DNA from: a virus
Lineage: Duplodnaviria; Caudoviricetes
Direction: 5' to 3' (one strand)
IMG/VR virus record: IMGVR_UViG_3300021426_000086
Span: 1 to 64,000 of that record
Length of the DNA stretch: 64,000 nt
In this document: positions 32,321 through 42,120 of the stretch, piece by piece
Layout of the letters: every line of letters begins with the position of its first letter
Numbering within the stretch: the first letter of the stretch is position 1
Notes under the pieces: model-generated
Databases searched by the model: none
The model's input: the letters and a program-made list of their open reading frames with translations, nothing else
Told to the model about the DNA's origin: nothing
Made by a program: the position numbers and the translations under genes

Positions 32321-33583
32321 TTAAACATTGACCAGCATTGGCATAACCAGGAGAGTTTTGCCTTGCAGTTTCTGACTCTCGTTGCGCAGCAGGATAGGGT
32401 GGCTCTGGTCGCTAAAGTACAGGCATACGCTATCTTCATCCAGCATATCGAGCATGTCGATAACGTTGCTGAGCTTCATACCAATCTTAAAGCCTTGGGG
32501 CAGGAAGGCGTCGGTCTCCTGTACGGCTACGCGCTCTGAGCCTTGGCGACCTTCTACGTCGTTGTTGGCTTCTACGATAAACGATTGACCGTCGCTACGC
32601 ATAATGGCCAGGTTGGTAGTGCCATCACTGCTGAGCTGCACGCGGAGCAGAGCCATCTTCAGACTCTCACGACTGATCTGCACCTTGTAAGGATTGTCTT
32701 TTGGAATCACGCTGTCGTAGTTGGGATAGTTGCCCTCAATCTGAGCCATATTCAGCGTAGCACCGCCCATCTGCAGCATCAGTCGGCGGGTGTCGGCGGT
32801 TACGGTAAGCGTGCCGCTGCCACCAAAGGCGGCTATGAGCGATGCCATGGCACTCTTAGGTACCAGCAGTTTGGCGCTGCCATCGGCTGCAAAGCCCACG
32901 TGCTTCATGTAGCCTGGGCACTCTATCACCTGCTTATACAGGCGGTGGCCATCGCTGGCGGCTATCACCACGCTATCTACCGAGCAATCCATGCACACAG
33001 CACCCATTACGGGGCGCAACTCGTCAGCAGCCACACAGGCGCGGCTCTGGATAACGGGACCAAGCAGATCACTGGCACCAATCTGGAAGCGGCATACAGC
33101 ATCGGTGCCCTCGCGTGGAGCCTCGGGGGTTACGATGGCGGGTGCATCGGGAAACTCCAGTGCATCCTGATAAGGCACATCCATCGCGCCATCCTGATAG
33201 TCGATAGTGCAGGTGCGCACATCGCCCTTCTGTTTTAGGATTACAGTGCAGCGGCGACTGGCGGGCAGCAGGCTGAATGCCTCGCGCAGTGGGGCATAGG
33301 GCAGGCACACATCAGCAAAGGGCTCCTTGGGGTCCTCTTTCAACAGGTGTACGCAGGGCTGGGTGTCGGCGTTGCCGTCGGCATCGGTAGTGGTGGTGGC
33401 GCAATCCACCGTGAGCCACAATTCACTGTTACTGCCTGTAAGGCGGAACACTTCGGCCTGACGATCGAATGATAACTTAACGCACTGCAGTATAGGCAAT
33501 GGTGTTTTTGGGCTAATAGCACCTTTGAGCTGGTTTAGCACATGACGGAAGCCAGCAACGTCGATTGTAATTTCTGTTTGCAT
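32321..33583 (-). CDS. dnaN: DNA polymerase III beta sliding-clamp homolog
   Basis: KTPLPILQCVKL, DELRPVMGAV, AASDGHRL, IEGNYPNYDSVIP and C-terminal LVMPM motifs. Confidence 0.9.
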   Translation of the reverse strand: MQTEITIDVAGFRHVLNQLKGAISPKTPLPILQCVKLSFDRQAEVFRLTGSNSELWLTVDCATTTTDADGNADTQPCVHLLKEDPKEPFADVCLPYAPLREAFSLLPASRRCTVILKQKGDVRTCTIDYQDGAMDVPYQDALEFPDAPAIVTPEAPREGTDAVCRFQIGASDLLGPVIQSRACVAADELRPVMGAVCMDCSVDSVVIAASDGHRLYKQVIECPGYMKHVGFAADGSAKLLVPKSAMASLIAAFGGSGTLTVTADTRRLMLQMGGATLNMAQIEGNYPNYDSVIPKDNPYKVQISRESLKMALLRVQLSSDGTTNLAIMRSDGQSFIVEANNDVEGRQGSERVAVQETDAFLPQGFKIGMKLSNVIDMLDMLDEDSVCLYFSDQSHPILLRNESQKLQGKTLLVMPMLVNV

Positions 33584-33653
33584 AATAATTTAAAAATTTA
33601 TAGATTTAACGTATATATATGCGTACTATATTAATATATATTAGGGAATGAGC

Positions 33654-34283
33654 TTAGTGGCGGAACGATTCGCCCTCGATAAAAAACACGCGACGGGTGA
33701 TGGCGGTAAGTCTGTCGAACGTTCGCAGCTGATAGCGGTCGGTAAGTTCCTGTTTGCTCAGGTTGGTTGATACCAGCAGCAGCTTCTGCTTGCGCTCGCA
33801 CTCATCTACCAACTCTGAAAAATAGCAGTGGTGCTCGCCAAACACGTTGGCATCGGGCTCGGTACCCACATCGTCCAGGGCAATAATCTTGTTCTCGCGG
33901 CGTATCTTATCGTAGCGGGCGTGGGCCTTGCCTTTACCATCCACATCAAACTCGTTAAGCTCAAGCGCTGTGTAGCAGTTCACATACAGGCGGCAGTACT
34001 GATTAAGTATCTTAGGCAACACGTGGTGTATCAGCACCGTTTTGCCGCGACCTGGGCGACCAATCAGCATCAGGCCCTTGCCTTGATTGTTGGTAAGCCA
34101 CTGGGCCACCTCCTCGTACTCGTCAATCCACATCGCCTCGTCGCCCAGATACTCGGCCAAGCCCTCCATCAGCCGCTCGCGGGCATCGGGCATCTGAATA
34201 TATACACGCTCGTCCTGTCGGCGCACAGCATTAACGGCCTTGCGCCCCAGCATCTTGGCGATAGCTATAGGTTGCTTTACCAT
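33654..34283 (-). CDS. DnaC/IstB-like AAA+ helicase loader
   Basis: GRPGRGKT Walker A, LDDVGTE Walker B, STNL and RTFDRL motifs. Confidence 0.8.
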   Translation of the reverse strand: MVKQPIAIAKMLGRKAVNAVRRQDERVYIQMPDARERLMEGLAEYLGDEAMWIDEYEEVAQWLTNNQGKGLMLIGRPGRGKTVLIHHVLPKILNQYCRLYVNCYTALELNEFDVDGKGKAHARYDKIRRENKIIALDDVGTEPDANVFGEHHCYFSELVDECERKQKLLLVSTNLSKQELTDRYQLRTFDRLTAITRRVFFIEGESFRH

Positions 34284-35251
34284 TTCTCCTTGTACTTATC
34301 GGGTTTAACATCATGCAGCGGCACTGCCTGCCCATGGCGCGGAGCTGACTTAGAGCCTACGGGGCGGTCGCCACGCTCCTTGCGATAGTTCTCAAAGGTG
34401 CGGCAGCGTGCCCGCCAGTCGCGTATAGGTTTACCATCCTTCAGCGTCCAGCCGCTTTGGCAGCAGGCATCGTAGAATCCTTCGGCTGTGACATATACAA
34501 AGGGCTTGCCCTGCGCGGCGCGTTCGTCGAAGTAGGCTTGTATCTCTTCTAATGTAGGCGGACTGTCGGCCACCGTAGGTCGTTTTTTGCCGTTTAGCGT
34601 TTCTTTTTTATTTTTCTTTTCTTTCTTTTCATTATCTACTATATTATTATTCTCACTCTCACTCTCAGCGCGTGATGCGCGTGCGTGAGAAACAGGTGCT
34701 TTTTCGTGTACTTTTTTTGATACTTTTTTATGCACTTTTTTTGTACCTTTATCAGCACTTAAAAAATCAGTGTTTTTATCAGCCGTTTTCAGGGCGGCAT
34801 CGTCGCCTCTGAGCGCCATCGAACCGCTGTGCGGATCGTCGAGTATCGTGCCCTCGGCATCAAGGGTAAAACCGTTGTCGGCGAACATGCGCGGCTGGAT
34901 GAGCGCATCGCCCACCACGGTGATAATACCTCTATTATATAGCTCCTGCAGACTCTCCAGAATGTCGCGCTCGCGCCAGGGCAAATCGTTGACCGAAAGC
35001 ATCTTGGCAAAATACTGCAAACGGCTGTATTTATCGGGCTCGGCGAGGCATCGGGTGGTCTTGCTTCGGCTCCAGTTGGCATGCTCTTCCCAGTCGCTCA
35101 ATCGGTACGCACCAGGCGTGGGCGGTTCGTTGAGTCGGCACAGCAGGAAGAGGTAAACGCCAGCAGCCTCCCGACTGAGCGCACGGCATCGCGGCGACGA
35201 CATGATATCGCGGGTAAATAGCGGTAGATATGGATTGCGTTTACGTCCCAT
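34277..35251 (-). CDS. Phage replication initiator (lambda O-like)
   Basis: N-terminal PYLPLFTRDIMS...GVYLFLL; C-terminal PPTLEEIQAYF...GWTLKDGKPIRDWRA; upstream of the DnaC-like gene. Confidence 0.75.
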   Translation of the reverse strand: MGRKRNPYLPLFTRDIMSSPRCRALSREAAGVYLFLLCRLNEPPTPGAYRLSDWEEHANWSRSKTTRCLAEPDKYSRLQYFAKMLSVNDLPWRERDILESLQELYNRGIITVVGDALIQPRMFADNGFTLDAEGTILDDPHSGSMALRGDDAALKTADKNTDFLSADKGTKKVHKKVSKKVHEKAPVSHARASRAESESENNNIVDNEKKEKKNKKETLNGKKRPTVADSPPTLEEIQAYFDERAAQGKPFVYVTAEGFYDACCQSGWTLKDGKPIRDWRARCRTFENYRKERGDRPVGSKSAPRHGQAVPLHDVKPDKYKEKW

Positions 35252-35505
35252 AAGCGGGGGTTGTTTATATGTTATTTATATGCTAATTTGTGCCGAATTT
35301 GATTGCAATCTGATGCGATAAACTGCAAAAAGTGATGCGATTTTGCAACTACTTATGCAACTGATTATACACCGAAACTGCACCTGTTTTGCAACTGATT
35401 TTGCACCAATTTAGGTGCATTTTCTGCGTTAATTCGGTTGCAAAATTGACGCCATTTGCAACAGGTTTTGCAACAAAAGTGGCGTTAATTTGCAACTATC
35501 GTGCA

Positions 35506-35760
35506 TCATTTCAGCGCTTCTTCCACCATTGTATATATATCCTGCACGGTGGCGCCATCGGTCATCTGGTGCATCTGATAGTCGGAAATCGAGATATTGA
35601 ACTGGTGCTCAATCTCCATAGTGATATCAATGGCATCCAGACTGTCGGCACCAAAATCCTCGGCCAGCTTAGCCTCTGGCTTCAGCTCGTCGCGGTTGTC
35701 GATACAAAGTTTGTCAATAAGGATGTCGTTAATCTTGTTAATCATTTCTTGCTTTTCCAT
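35506..35760 (-). CDS. acpP: Acyl carrier protein
   Basis: 84 aa acidic protein with DFGADSLDAIDITMEIEHQFNISI (phosphopantetheine Ser motif). Confidence 0.9.
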   Translation of the reverse strand: MEKQEMINKINDILIDKLCIDNRDELKPEAKLAEDFGADSLDAIDITMEIEHQFNISISDYQMHQMTDGATVQDIYTMVEEALK

Positions 35761-35779
35761 AATTATTGCATTTATTAGT

Positions 35780-36694
35780 TTATAATTCTATAGTCTGGGT
35801 AATATGTAGAATACCTTTCCACTCTCGCCTGCGCAGCTCGGCAATCAGTTCCTCCTGAGTGCAGTTGCGTAATACACCTTCTACGTGATTTACGATTTCT
35901 TCCTCAAATTCCTGCTGGGCCTCAATCACTGCAGTTTGCAAATCAGGCTGTGGGCGTTCTGGACCATCAAACACTTTGCGCATCAGCTCTTTTTTATCTT
36001 TCGCCAAAACGCTTTCGTACTTTGGTTTGTCTATAGACTTGGTTTTTGCTTTTCTGCCGCCGTTATGCGTGCGCTTATCGGCGGGCTTAAAGGTTTCTTC
36101 GTCGCCGGGACGGCACCAGTAGTAGCCACCCGATATGCCGCAGCGACTGATGGCACGCTGCACGTTCTTAATGCCCAGCCCATTTTGTGCTGCATTGCAG
36201 CTCTTCCATACCTTGATGGGCTTCAGTGTGTCAGCATCAAGCTGCACCACGCTCTTTGGCGGTGTACCAGTGCGGCGGGCCAGTTCGCCCTCGCGCTTAG
36301 CCTTTGCCGCCGGCTTAACCTTAACCAGCGGTTCTTTTATTTCTGTAGTGGCTTTCTCGGCCTCTATCTTCTCAATCGTTTGCACCATCTTCGAGGGCTT
36401 CATGCCTTCAAAGTTCACAATGTCGGTGTGGGTAAAGGTGGGCGCAGGGTTCAAGTCGGGCTCCTGCTGGTGCGCATAGTTCAGCACATGCACCATCACA
36501 CTGGCTGCCTGCACCTTATCACCTTTGTCGGCATTTGCCTGCTGCAGCGCACGGCCCAATACTGGCAGTGTGTAGTACTCGCAAGGCTTGTTGGTAGGTA
36601 TCAGCCACCAAACCTTTCTAAACTTCTGTCGGGTGTTAATGTAGAGCGTTTCGTTTTCCTGCCCCCACCTCTGGTAAGCATCATCCAATTTCAT
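35780..36694 (-). CDS. Protein with a NUMOD1-like DNA-binding domain
   Basis: KSVVQLDADTLKPIKVWKSCNAAQ...GGYYWC segment. Confidence 0.55.
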   Translation of the reverse strand: MKLDDAYQRWGQENETLYINTRQKFRKVWWLIPTNKPCEYYTLPVLGRALQQANADKGDKVQAASVMVHVLNYAHQQEPDLNPAPTFTHTDIVNFEGMKPSKMVQTIEKIEAEKATTEIKEPLVKVKPAAKAKREGELARRTGTPPKSVVQLDADTLKPIKVWKSCNAAQNGLGIKNVQRAISRCGISGGYYWCRPGDEETFKPADKRTHNGGRKAKTKSIDKPKYESVLAKDKKELMRKVFDGPERPQPDLQTAVIEAQQEFEEEIVNHVEGVLRNCTQEELIAELRRREWKGILHITQTIEL

Positions 36695-36713
36695 ATATAT
36701 AGCGGTTTTTAAG

Positions 36714-37103
36714 TTATAGGTTCAGTAGCGTGTCTATCTTAAAATACTTCATCTTGTGGCCGCGACCTTTTATGTTAGCCTCCAGCATCAGGCGCAGCTG
36801 CGATAGATCGAGAAACTGCGCGTTAAAGTCCTCAAGTATCACTCGCAGTCGCCACATCATGTGGTGCTTGCCGCGTGTAAAGCTGGTGCGCACATAGCCC
36901 AGACGGAATCCCTTGCATACGTAGCCGCCCTTGGCTATCTGTGCAAACACATCATTTAATAAAGGTATAGTGGCGCCCACAAAGCTGAATGCAGGCTGGC
37001 GTGGATTGTCCTCGTCCTGCTCCAGGGCATAACCTATATTCAGGTGGTTAAGCCAGTCGCCCTTGCGTTTTATTTTAGGTGCTCGTTTTTTAATCATTGT
37101 CAT
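36714..37103 (-). CDS. Hypothetical protein
   Basis: 129 aa ORF in the operon. Confidence 0.55.
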   Translation of the reverse strand: MTMIKKRAPKIKRKGDWLNHLNIGYALEQDEDNPRQPAFSFVGATIPLLNDVFAQIAKGGYVCKGFRLGYVRTSFTRGKHHMMWRLRVILEDFNAQFLDLSQLRLMLEANIKGRGHKMKYFKIDTLLNL

Positions 37104-37125
37104 TGTAATTGTCGTTAGGTAAATT

Positions 37126-37410
37126 TTAAGATTGTTTTTTCTTGCAGATAAGTTCTTTTATTCGTCCGTCTTTCACCATCAGCATTATCTCGTGCAGCGG
37201 GTAAACCCACGACGTCTGGTGTTTTTTGCCTTCGTCGTCGGTCCACTCGGCACGGGTGCGATTAAAGCAGGAGCCGTTGCGTTTCAGCCACTCGGGCGTT
37301 AGCACCTCAATGTGCTGGCAGAGTGTTTCTGCCGTTACATATCGTTCGTTAAGTTCGGTCATCTGCTGACGGAACTCCCTTACTATCTCCTGCCTTAATA
37401 CGCGATCCAT
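37126..37410 (-). CDS. Small DNA-binding/excisionase-like protein
   Basis: 94 aa; YVTAETLC...WLKR...YPLHEI winged-helix-like pattern (tentative). Confidence 0.35.
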   Translation of the reverse strand: MDRVLRQEIVREFRQQMTELNERYVTAETLCQHIEVLTPEWLKRNGSCFNRTRAEWTDDEGKKHQTSWVYPLHEIMLMVKDGRIKELICKKKQS

Positions 37411-37464
37411 AGATACAAAAGTAGTTTAACTGATTATATATTGTAAATGGAAAAAAAAGAAGTG

Positions 37465-37680
37465 TCAGCTCAGTCGGCGATAGGCAATGCTGCGCTCGGC
37501 GTCGCCACCGTTGCCCAGGTCAACATACTCGTAGTCGTGGCCAAACTTGTGGCGCAGATGGCTCACTGCCACACGTGCCGCCTCGCGTGCCTTGCGGTCG
37601 GGGAGCGTAAACACGCCCAGTTCGCCAATATCTAAATTCAGCCAGTCCTTGCGGCCAACTCGTTGTTTTGTAGCAATCAT
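37465..37680 (-). CDS. Hypothetical protein
   Basis: 71 aa ORF after the promoter box at 37776. Confidence 0.5.
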   Translation of the reverse strand: MIATKQRVGRKDWLNLDIGELGVFTLPDRKAREAARVAVSHLRHKFGHDYEYVDLGNGGDAERSIAYRRLS

Positions 37681-37775
37681 ATTGTTTTATTGTTTACTTG
37701 TAATATTCTAAGTTTCAGTGTGTATTAATAGGTGATGTTGTTATTAGTTTACACCAAAATTTACATTTGCAGGTG

Positions 37776-37812
37776 CAAATATAGCAAAATAAAATTATAC
37801 TTGTGCTAATTC
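37776..37812 (-). promoter_or_regulatory. Leftward Bacteroidetes-type promoter with a shared TTGTGCTAATTC box
   Basis: TATATTTG (-7 element) at 37776-37783; 12-bp box at 37801-37812 recurs at 50741-50752. Confidence 0.55.
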
Positions 37813-37862
37813 GTGCTAAAAATTAATCCTTTTTAATACAAACTTTACGTAAACCCGAAGAT

Positions 37863-37887
37863 AAAAAAACGGGGCCGCTGCCCCGTT
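37863..37887 (-). terminator. Intrinsic terminator
   Basis: AACGGGGC-cgct-GCCCCGTT stem followed by a minus-strand T run. Confidence 0.7.
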
Positions 37888-37937
37888 CCAAAACACACAC
37901 AAAGCAAACCGCTGCCTTCGCAGCAAAACGTAACTAA

Positions 37938-38180
37938 TTACTTTATCTCTTTATGATCATAATCGTCCCACTTGCGGCCATCCTTGGTCACGATGTTATC
38001 ATCATCATCGCGCGTCCAGCACTCCTCGCAGTAGTGACGACCGCCTTCGCACTCTATCCACCCGCAATCAGGTAGAATATTCGTAGTGAGCGCTTCCTTA
38101 TCGTCCCACCATGTTTCTTCATCGAGCAGCGCCCCGCAATGGTCGCACTCTACGTTATGAAATGTTCTGTCGATAATCAT
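37938..38180 (-). CDS. Small Cys-rich (zinc-binding) protein
   Basis: CDHC ... HYCEEC motifs. Confidence 0.55.
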   Translation of the reverse strand: MIIDRTFHNVECDHCGALLDEETWWDDKEALTTNILPDCGWIECEGGRHYCEECWTRDDDDNIVTKDGRKWDDYDHKEIK

Positions 38181-38193
38181 AATTCACTCCTCC

Positions 38194-39102
38194 TTATTTT
38201 TTGGGGTATCGTTCTTTGTATCTCTCATCAACTTGCTTGGTAAACTCCCGATAGTTGAAATCAGGTTTAAGTTTTTTCACCAGATCTATAAACATGTGAC
38301 GCTCGATAGTGTCGAAATTGATGTCGTGCTCTAAGTCGCTATATCTCTGCTTATAGTAATCTGCATTCTTTTCGGCTTGCTCTACGCTCCGCTCGGCTTC
38401 TTTAAGTTGGTCGGTCAACTCCAGATATGAATGCTCCTGGCCTTTGCGCTGCAATTCATCCTGCAGGCGCTGTCGGTACATCAGCGAGTACTTTACCTGC
38501 TCGCGATAGTTATGCTTCCACGTCTGCATGTTGTAGTAGAACTTCTCGCCCAGGTTCAGCTCGGCATCGGTGTACTTAGTCTTATGCAACTGCGGTGCCT
38601 TACGCACTATTTTGATGTCGTGATAATACTTGTCTGGATCGTCGCGATGGTATTTAGGACCCTTACTGGTGGTAATGTAAATCAGTCCGGCATAAGGTGG
38701 CACCTCGTCGGGTTCAAGCATACCCTCTGGCACAGCGTAGTAAAAGAAGTTTGGCAGTTTGGTGTTCTCGGGATAGATATTCAGCTGCTCCTTAGTAATG
38801 CCAGGGTAGCGTTTCTGCTTTTGCTTCAGCAGGTTATCAAACAAATCTAACTGCACAGACTCTGCCTCCTTTGGCATCTTCGAGCTCAGCAGCAGGTGCT
38901 TCTCGGCCTTATGCTTAAAGTCGTTCTTATAGTCAGCACGACTAATCTTAATCTCAAACTCATAGATATAGCCAGATTTGGTCCATAGTAGCTTGTCAGA
39001 TTCCCAACGGAACACAAACAGCCCGTCCACCTTATATTTAGGCGATGCCATAAACTTATTCAGCACCCGCTGTATCTTTTGCTCGGTTAGTGTCTTATCC
39101 AT
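38194..39102 (-). CDS. PD-(D/E)XK nuclease-like protein (MmcB-like)
   Basis: ESDKLLWTKSGYIYEFEIKISRADYKND and FFYYAVPEG motifs. Confidence 0.55.
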   Translation of the reverse strand: MDKTLTEQKIQRVLNKFMASPKYKVDGLFVFRWESDKLLWTKSGYIYEFEIKISRADYKNDFKHKAEKHLLLSSKMPKEAESVQLDLFDNLLKQKQKRYPGITKEQLNIYPENTKLPNFFYYAVPEGMLEPDEVPPYAGLIYITTSKGPKYHRDDPDKYYHDIKIVRKAPQLHKTKYTDAELNLGEKFYYNMQTWKHNYREQVKYSLMYRQRLQDELQRKGQEHSYLELTDQLKEAERSVEQAEKNADYYKQRYSDLEHDINFDTIERHMFIDLVKKLKPDFNYREFTKQVDERYKERYPKK

Positions 39103-39105
39103 CGC

Positions 39106-39390
39106 TCAGCCCTCCTTTATTTCTTTCCATTCTACTGTGCGGTAGTAGTGCCACACAAAACCATCTATCTGTATGGTGCCGATGTAGATAAGTGCGGGCA
39201 GATTATCCATCACATAGCCCGTGCCAAAGCAGTAGATGTTGAGCTTCACCAGCGGCATATCGGTGTTGCACTCGTACCAGAAGGTTGGCACGCCCTGCTG
39301 CGCACCCAGATGCAGTATATTAAAGTCGCTCGGCAGTTGTACCGTCTGTATATCTTCTATCTCCAGTTTCTGTTTAAAAATCGTGTGCAT
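39106..39390 (-). CDS. Hypothetical phage protein
   Basis: 94 aa; common small phage protein pattern (YCFGTG...YIGTIQ..GFVWHYY). Confidence 0.6.
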   Translation of the reverse strand: MHTIFKQKLEIEDIQTVQLPSDFNILHLGAQQGVPTFWYECNTDMPLVKLNIYCFGTGYVMDNLPALIYIGTIQIDGFVWHYYRTVEWKEIKEG

Positions 39391-39409
39391 AGTTATTCCT
39401 CTTTATTAC

Positions 39410-39805
39410 TTAATATGATTCTCCATAAGATAGCGGGCAGTAGGCAAATTGCTGCGGGTTCTTATCAACAAACAGCGAGCCGCGCGTAAGGTCTTGTAGT
39501 GCCATTACCTTGCCCATCTGCCATAGATAAATCTTAGTGCCTGCAGGGGCATAGTCCAGTATAAACTGTGGCGAAACGCACAGCTGGGGCGAATAGTGCT
39601 CGGCCAGTGCCTTGGTCATAACCACCTCTTTGATGGCATCCACGCGGCACCAGCACTTTACGTCGTCGGTACCCTTCTCAACCACAAAAAAGCCATCCTC
39701 GCCCACCTTTATATTCTTTGGCAGACTCTTGCGCATCTCGTACCGCTTCTCGCCAGATATAATCTTTGCCAGTAGCTGCTTAGGCAGTGTTATCAGTATA
39801 TTCAT
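39410..39805 (-). CDS. ASCH-domain protein
   Basis: ITLPKQLLAKIISGEKRYEMRK N-terminal ASCH signature. Confidence 0.7.
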   Translation of the reverse strand: MNILITLPKQLLAKIISGEKRYEMRKSLPKNIKVGEDGFFVVEKGTDDVKCWCRVDAIKEVVMTKALAEHYSPQLCVSPQFILDYAPAGTKIYLWQMGKVMALQDLTRGSLFVDKNPQQFAYCPLSYGESY

Positions 39806-39808
39806 AAG

Positions 39809-40195
39809 TCAGCCCTCCTTATGTTTTGTTACGCCGCAGGTGTCGGCAATCAGGCGGATCTTCTCGCAGAAAAAGTCCACTTGGTCGGCCAACTCATGTA
39901 GTGCCCAGTTGTACTTCGACTGCTCCACGTTGCGGTCAATCATCTCAAACAGCCCAGTGCGCTGCTCGTCTGTAACACACTTCTCGTTTACCAGATAGTT
40001 GGTAATATCCTTAAATGTGCCAGCAAGCAAGTTGATGGCCTCGCGCAGGTAGTCTGGTGTCTTGCTCATACACCAATCGCGTCGGGTAGTCTGCTGGCAG
40101 TCCTCCACACAAGTAGGCTGCCTTTTCTCCTCGCCAGGGAACGTATCAAAAATAAATATCCCCGACAAATCACGTCGTTTCAAATCTTCTGCCAT
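39809..40195 (-). CDS. Hypothetical protein
   Basis: 128 aa coupled ORF. Confidence 0.55.
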   Translation of the reverse strand: MAEDLKRRDLSGIFIFDTFPGEEKRQPTCVEDCQQTTRRDWCMSKTPDYLREAINLLAGTFKDITNYLVNEKCVTDEQRTGLFEMIDRNVEQSKYNWALHELADQVDFFCEKIRLIADTCGVTKHKEG

Positions 40196-40197
40196 AG

Positions 40198-40827
40198 TTA
40201 TTTCTCCTTATTATTTAATATATTTGCCAGGCGTTGTTGCTGATTTTTGTCGAGCACCAATTCATTGCCGGCGTATAAATCTTTGTTGTGCCCAGCAGGG
40301 TTGCTGGGTGCATCGTCGTAAGTCAGCATGCCTGGGTGCTGGTCGAGGTACTGCTGATGCAGTTGGTGCTGTATAAAGCGGCGATGCTGGCGGGCCATCA
40401 TGCGGCGTACTATTCTGGTGAGCCGCTGCACCCACTTGGTGCGGGGATAGCTGGCAGGATGGATGCGCACACGCATGTCGTACTCGATGGTGAAGTTCAC
40501 AGCGTCGCGATCTGATAGTGCATCGGTTTTAAACTGCGGGTCCATCACATCAAAGTCAGCGTGCCGTGCGGCCTTCTTTAGTTTGCGAGGCAGGCGTGGC
40601 TTCTTCCATATCGCCATCTGGCGAATCTTACGCAGGCGGCGCTTGGAAATCTTTACCTTAAACGAAAGCACGGGTGCCTCTTTGGGGAATGGTAGCTCGG
40701 GTATCGTTATCTTCTCGCGCAGATTCAGGACATCCATCTCGTTAGGCTTATCGCTCGGCAGCACCAGCCCCTTGCCCTCGGCAATCTTCTGCCCCGTTTT
40801 CTTATCGAATATCATAAAGTTACTCAT
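40198..40827 (-). CDS. Hypothetical protein
   Basis: 209 aa basic protein. Confidence 0.55.
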   Translation of the reverse strand: MSNFMIFDKKTGQKIAEGKGLVLPSDKPNEMDVLNLREKITIPELPFPKEAPVLSFKVKISKRRLRKIRQMAIWKKPRLPRKLKKAARHADFDVMDPQFKTDALSDRDAVNFTIEYDMRVRIHPASYPRTKWVQRLTRIVRRMMARQHRRFIQHQLHQQYLDQHPGMLTYDDAPSNPAGHNKDLYAGNELVLDKNQQQRLANILNNKEK

Positions 40828-40839
40828 CGGTCAGTCCTC

Positions 40840-41268
40840 CTACTTATCATATCGCTCCACCCACTTGTGTTCCTTCAGGTCGTAGATGCCGACGTTCCAG
40901 TTGGCAATGATGGTGGAAGGGATGTCGAAATACTTATTGATGAACTCGCGCAACTCCTTCTGCGCCTCTTCTTTCTTACTGTAGGTCACGTCCTGGTCAT
41001 CATCAATGTTGTGGTCGCTGTAGAACCTATCTGTCATCTGGTCGGCTATATCGTCCAGCGATGGCGCAAAGTCGGCAGGCTCGTATGTCTCAGCCGTGCC
41101 AACGTAGATGCAACCAGTGTAGTCGCAATCCTCGTCGAACGGGTTTCCGTCCTTTTCGTCCCATGACGCTTGTGCATACTCAATCACTTCTTCGATTGTG
41201 TCGAATAGGTCAGACTCGCAGTGCGTATCATCCGTACCGAAGGCATACTTTAATTTTTTCTCTGTCAT
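40840..41268 (-). CDS. Hypothetical acidic protein
   Basis: 142 aa ORF. Confidence 0.55.
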   Translation of the reverse strand: MTEKKLKYAFGTDDTHCESDLFDTIEEVIEYAQASWDEKDGNPFDEDCDYTGCIYVGTAETYEPADFAPSLDDIADQMTDRFYSDHNIDDDQDVTYSKKEEAQKELREFINKYFDIPSTIIANWNVGIYDLKEHKWVERYDK

Positions 41269-41325
41269 AGTTCTATTTCTTTTTCGATATAATTATCTTA
41301 TTTTTTAAAGTAAAGTGTGAATAGG

Positions 41326-41772
41326 TTAGAGGTCTTTCACCTTGTCGTAGCAGATGCCGATGTCTATGCAACAGCATCGTAGTATATGCTGGAACAGATG
41401 CAAGTAGTCGGCAAAACCCTCAAAGTATTGGAAATTGTCGGTCTGCTTACTATGTCCGTGACGCACACACACCCACCAGTGGTCAAGTTCCGTGTGGTCA
41501 ACGCAGATGTCAATGCGCTTCTCGCTGTCCTCGTATATCCACTCGTTAGGTGATACGCTTGAAGCAAATCCAATAGCCATCAGCAACCTTTCCGTTATCC
41601 TCATAGGGGCAATGCCTCGCATGGTGTGAGATTCGAGTCCGTTGCCCTTGCCCTGATAGATGGTGATGTCTTGCTGTCCGAATGAATAAGTAATGCCGCT
41701 TATTCTGACTATCTCAACGGGCTTTCCATTGCGTAGTACGATGTCGCCTACCATTAATTCGTCTGATTTCAT
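41326..41772 (-). CDS. Hypothetical protein
   Basis: 148 aa; starts MKSDELMVGDIV, a common phage N-terminus. Confidence 0.55.
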   Translation of the reverse strand: MKSDELMVGDIVLRNGKPVEIVRISGITYSFGQQDITIYQGKGNGLESHTMRGIAPMRITERLLMAIGFASSVSPNEWIYEDSEKRIDICVDHTELDHWWVCVRHGHSKQTDNFQYFEGFADYLHLFQHILRCCCIDIGICYDKVKDL

Positions 41773-41775
41773 ACG

Positions 41776-42105
41776 TCAGTCCTCCTTTTCTATTACGTTC
41801 ATGTCAATATATGTGCCACCTGTAAAGATGGTATATACGATGCGCCCGTTAGGTTTGTCGCCAGGCTTAGACTTTACATAAGGTCGGCGAAAATTGGGCT
41901 GCTCAGTGTCAGTAAGTCGCTGTGCCAACTCGTCGGCGCTGGTATGGTTCTCTACCCATGGCATTGCCATCAGGTCGAGATCGTGTACTGCAGAGCCATG
42001 GATGGCAATAGCCCACCCACACTTAGCTGCTATTCTTCGATACTCTGGGAACTTGAATATCCAGAATATTGCATTGTTATCTTCGAGTTTTTTCAAATCA
42101 AACAT
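41776..42105 (-). CDS. Hypothetical protein, nucleotidyltransferase-like motif
   Basis: GWAIAIHGSAVHDLDLMAMPW (GS...DxD pattern). Confidence 0.45.
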   Translation of the reverse strand: MFDLKKLEDNNAIFWIFKFPEYRRIAAKCGWAIAIHGSAVHDLDLMAMPWVENHTSADELAQRLTDTEQPNFRRPYVKSKPGDKPNGRIVYTIFTGGTYIDMNVIEKED

Positions 42106-42120
42106 AGTGTATTCAGTTTA

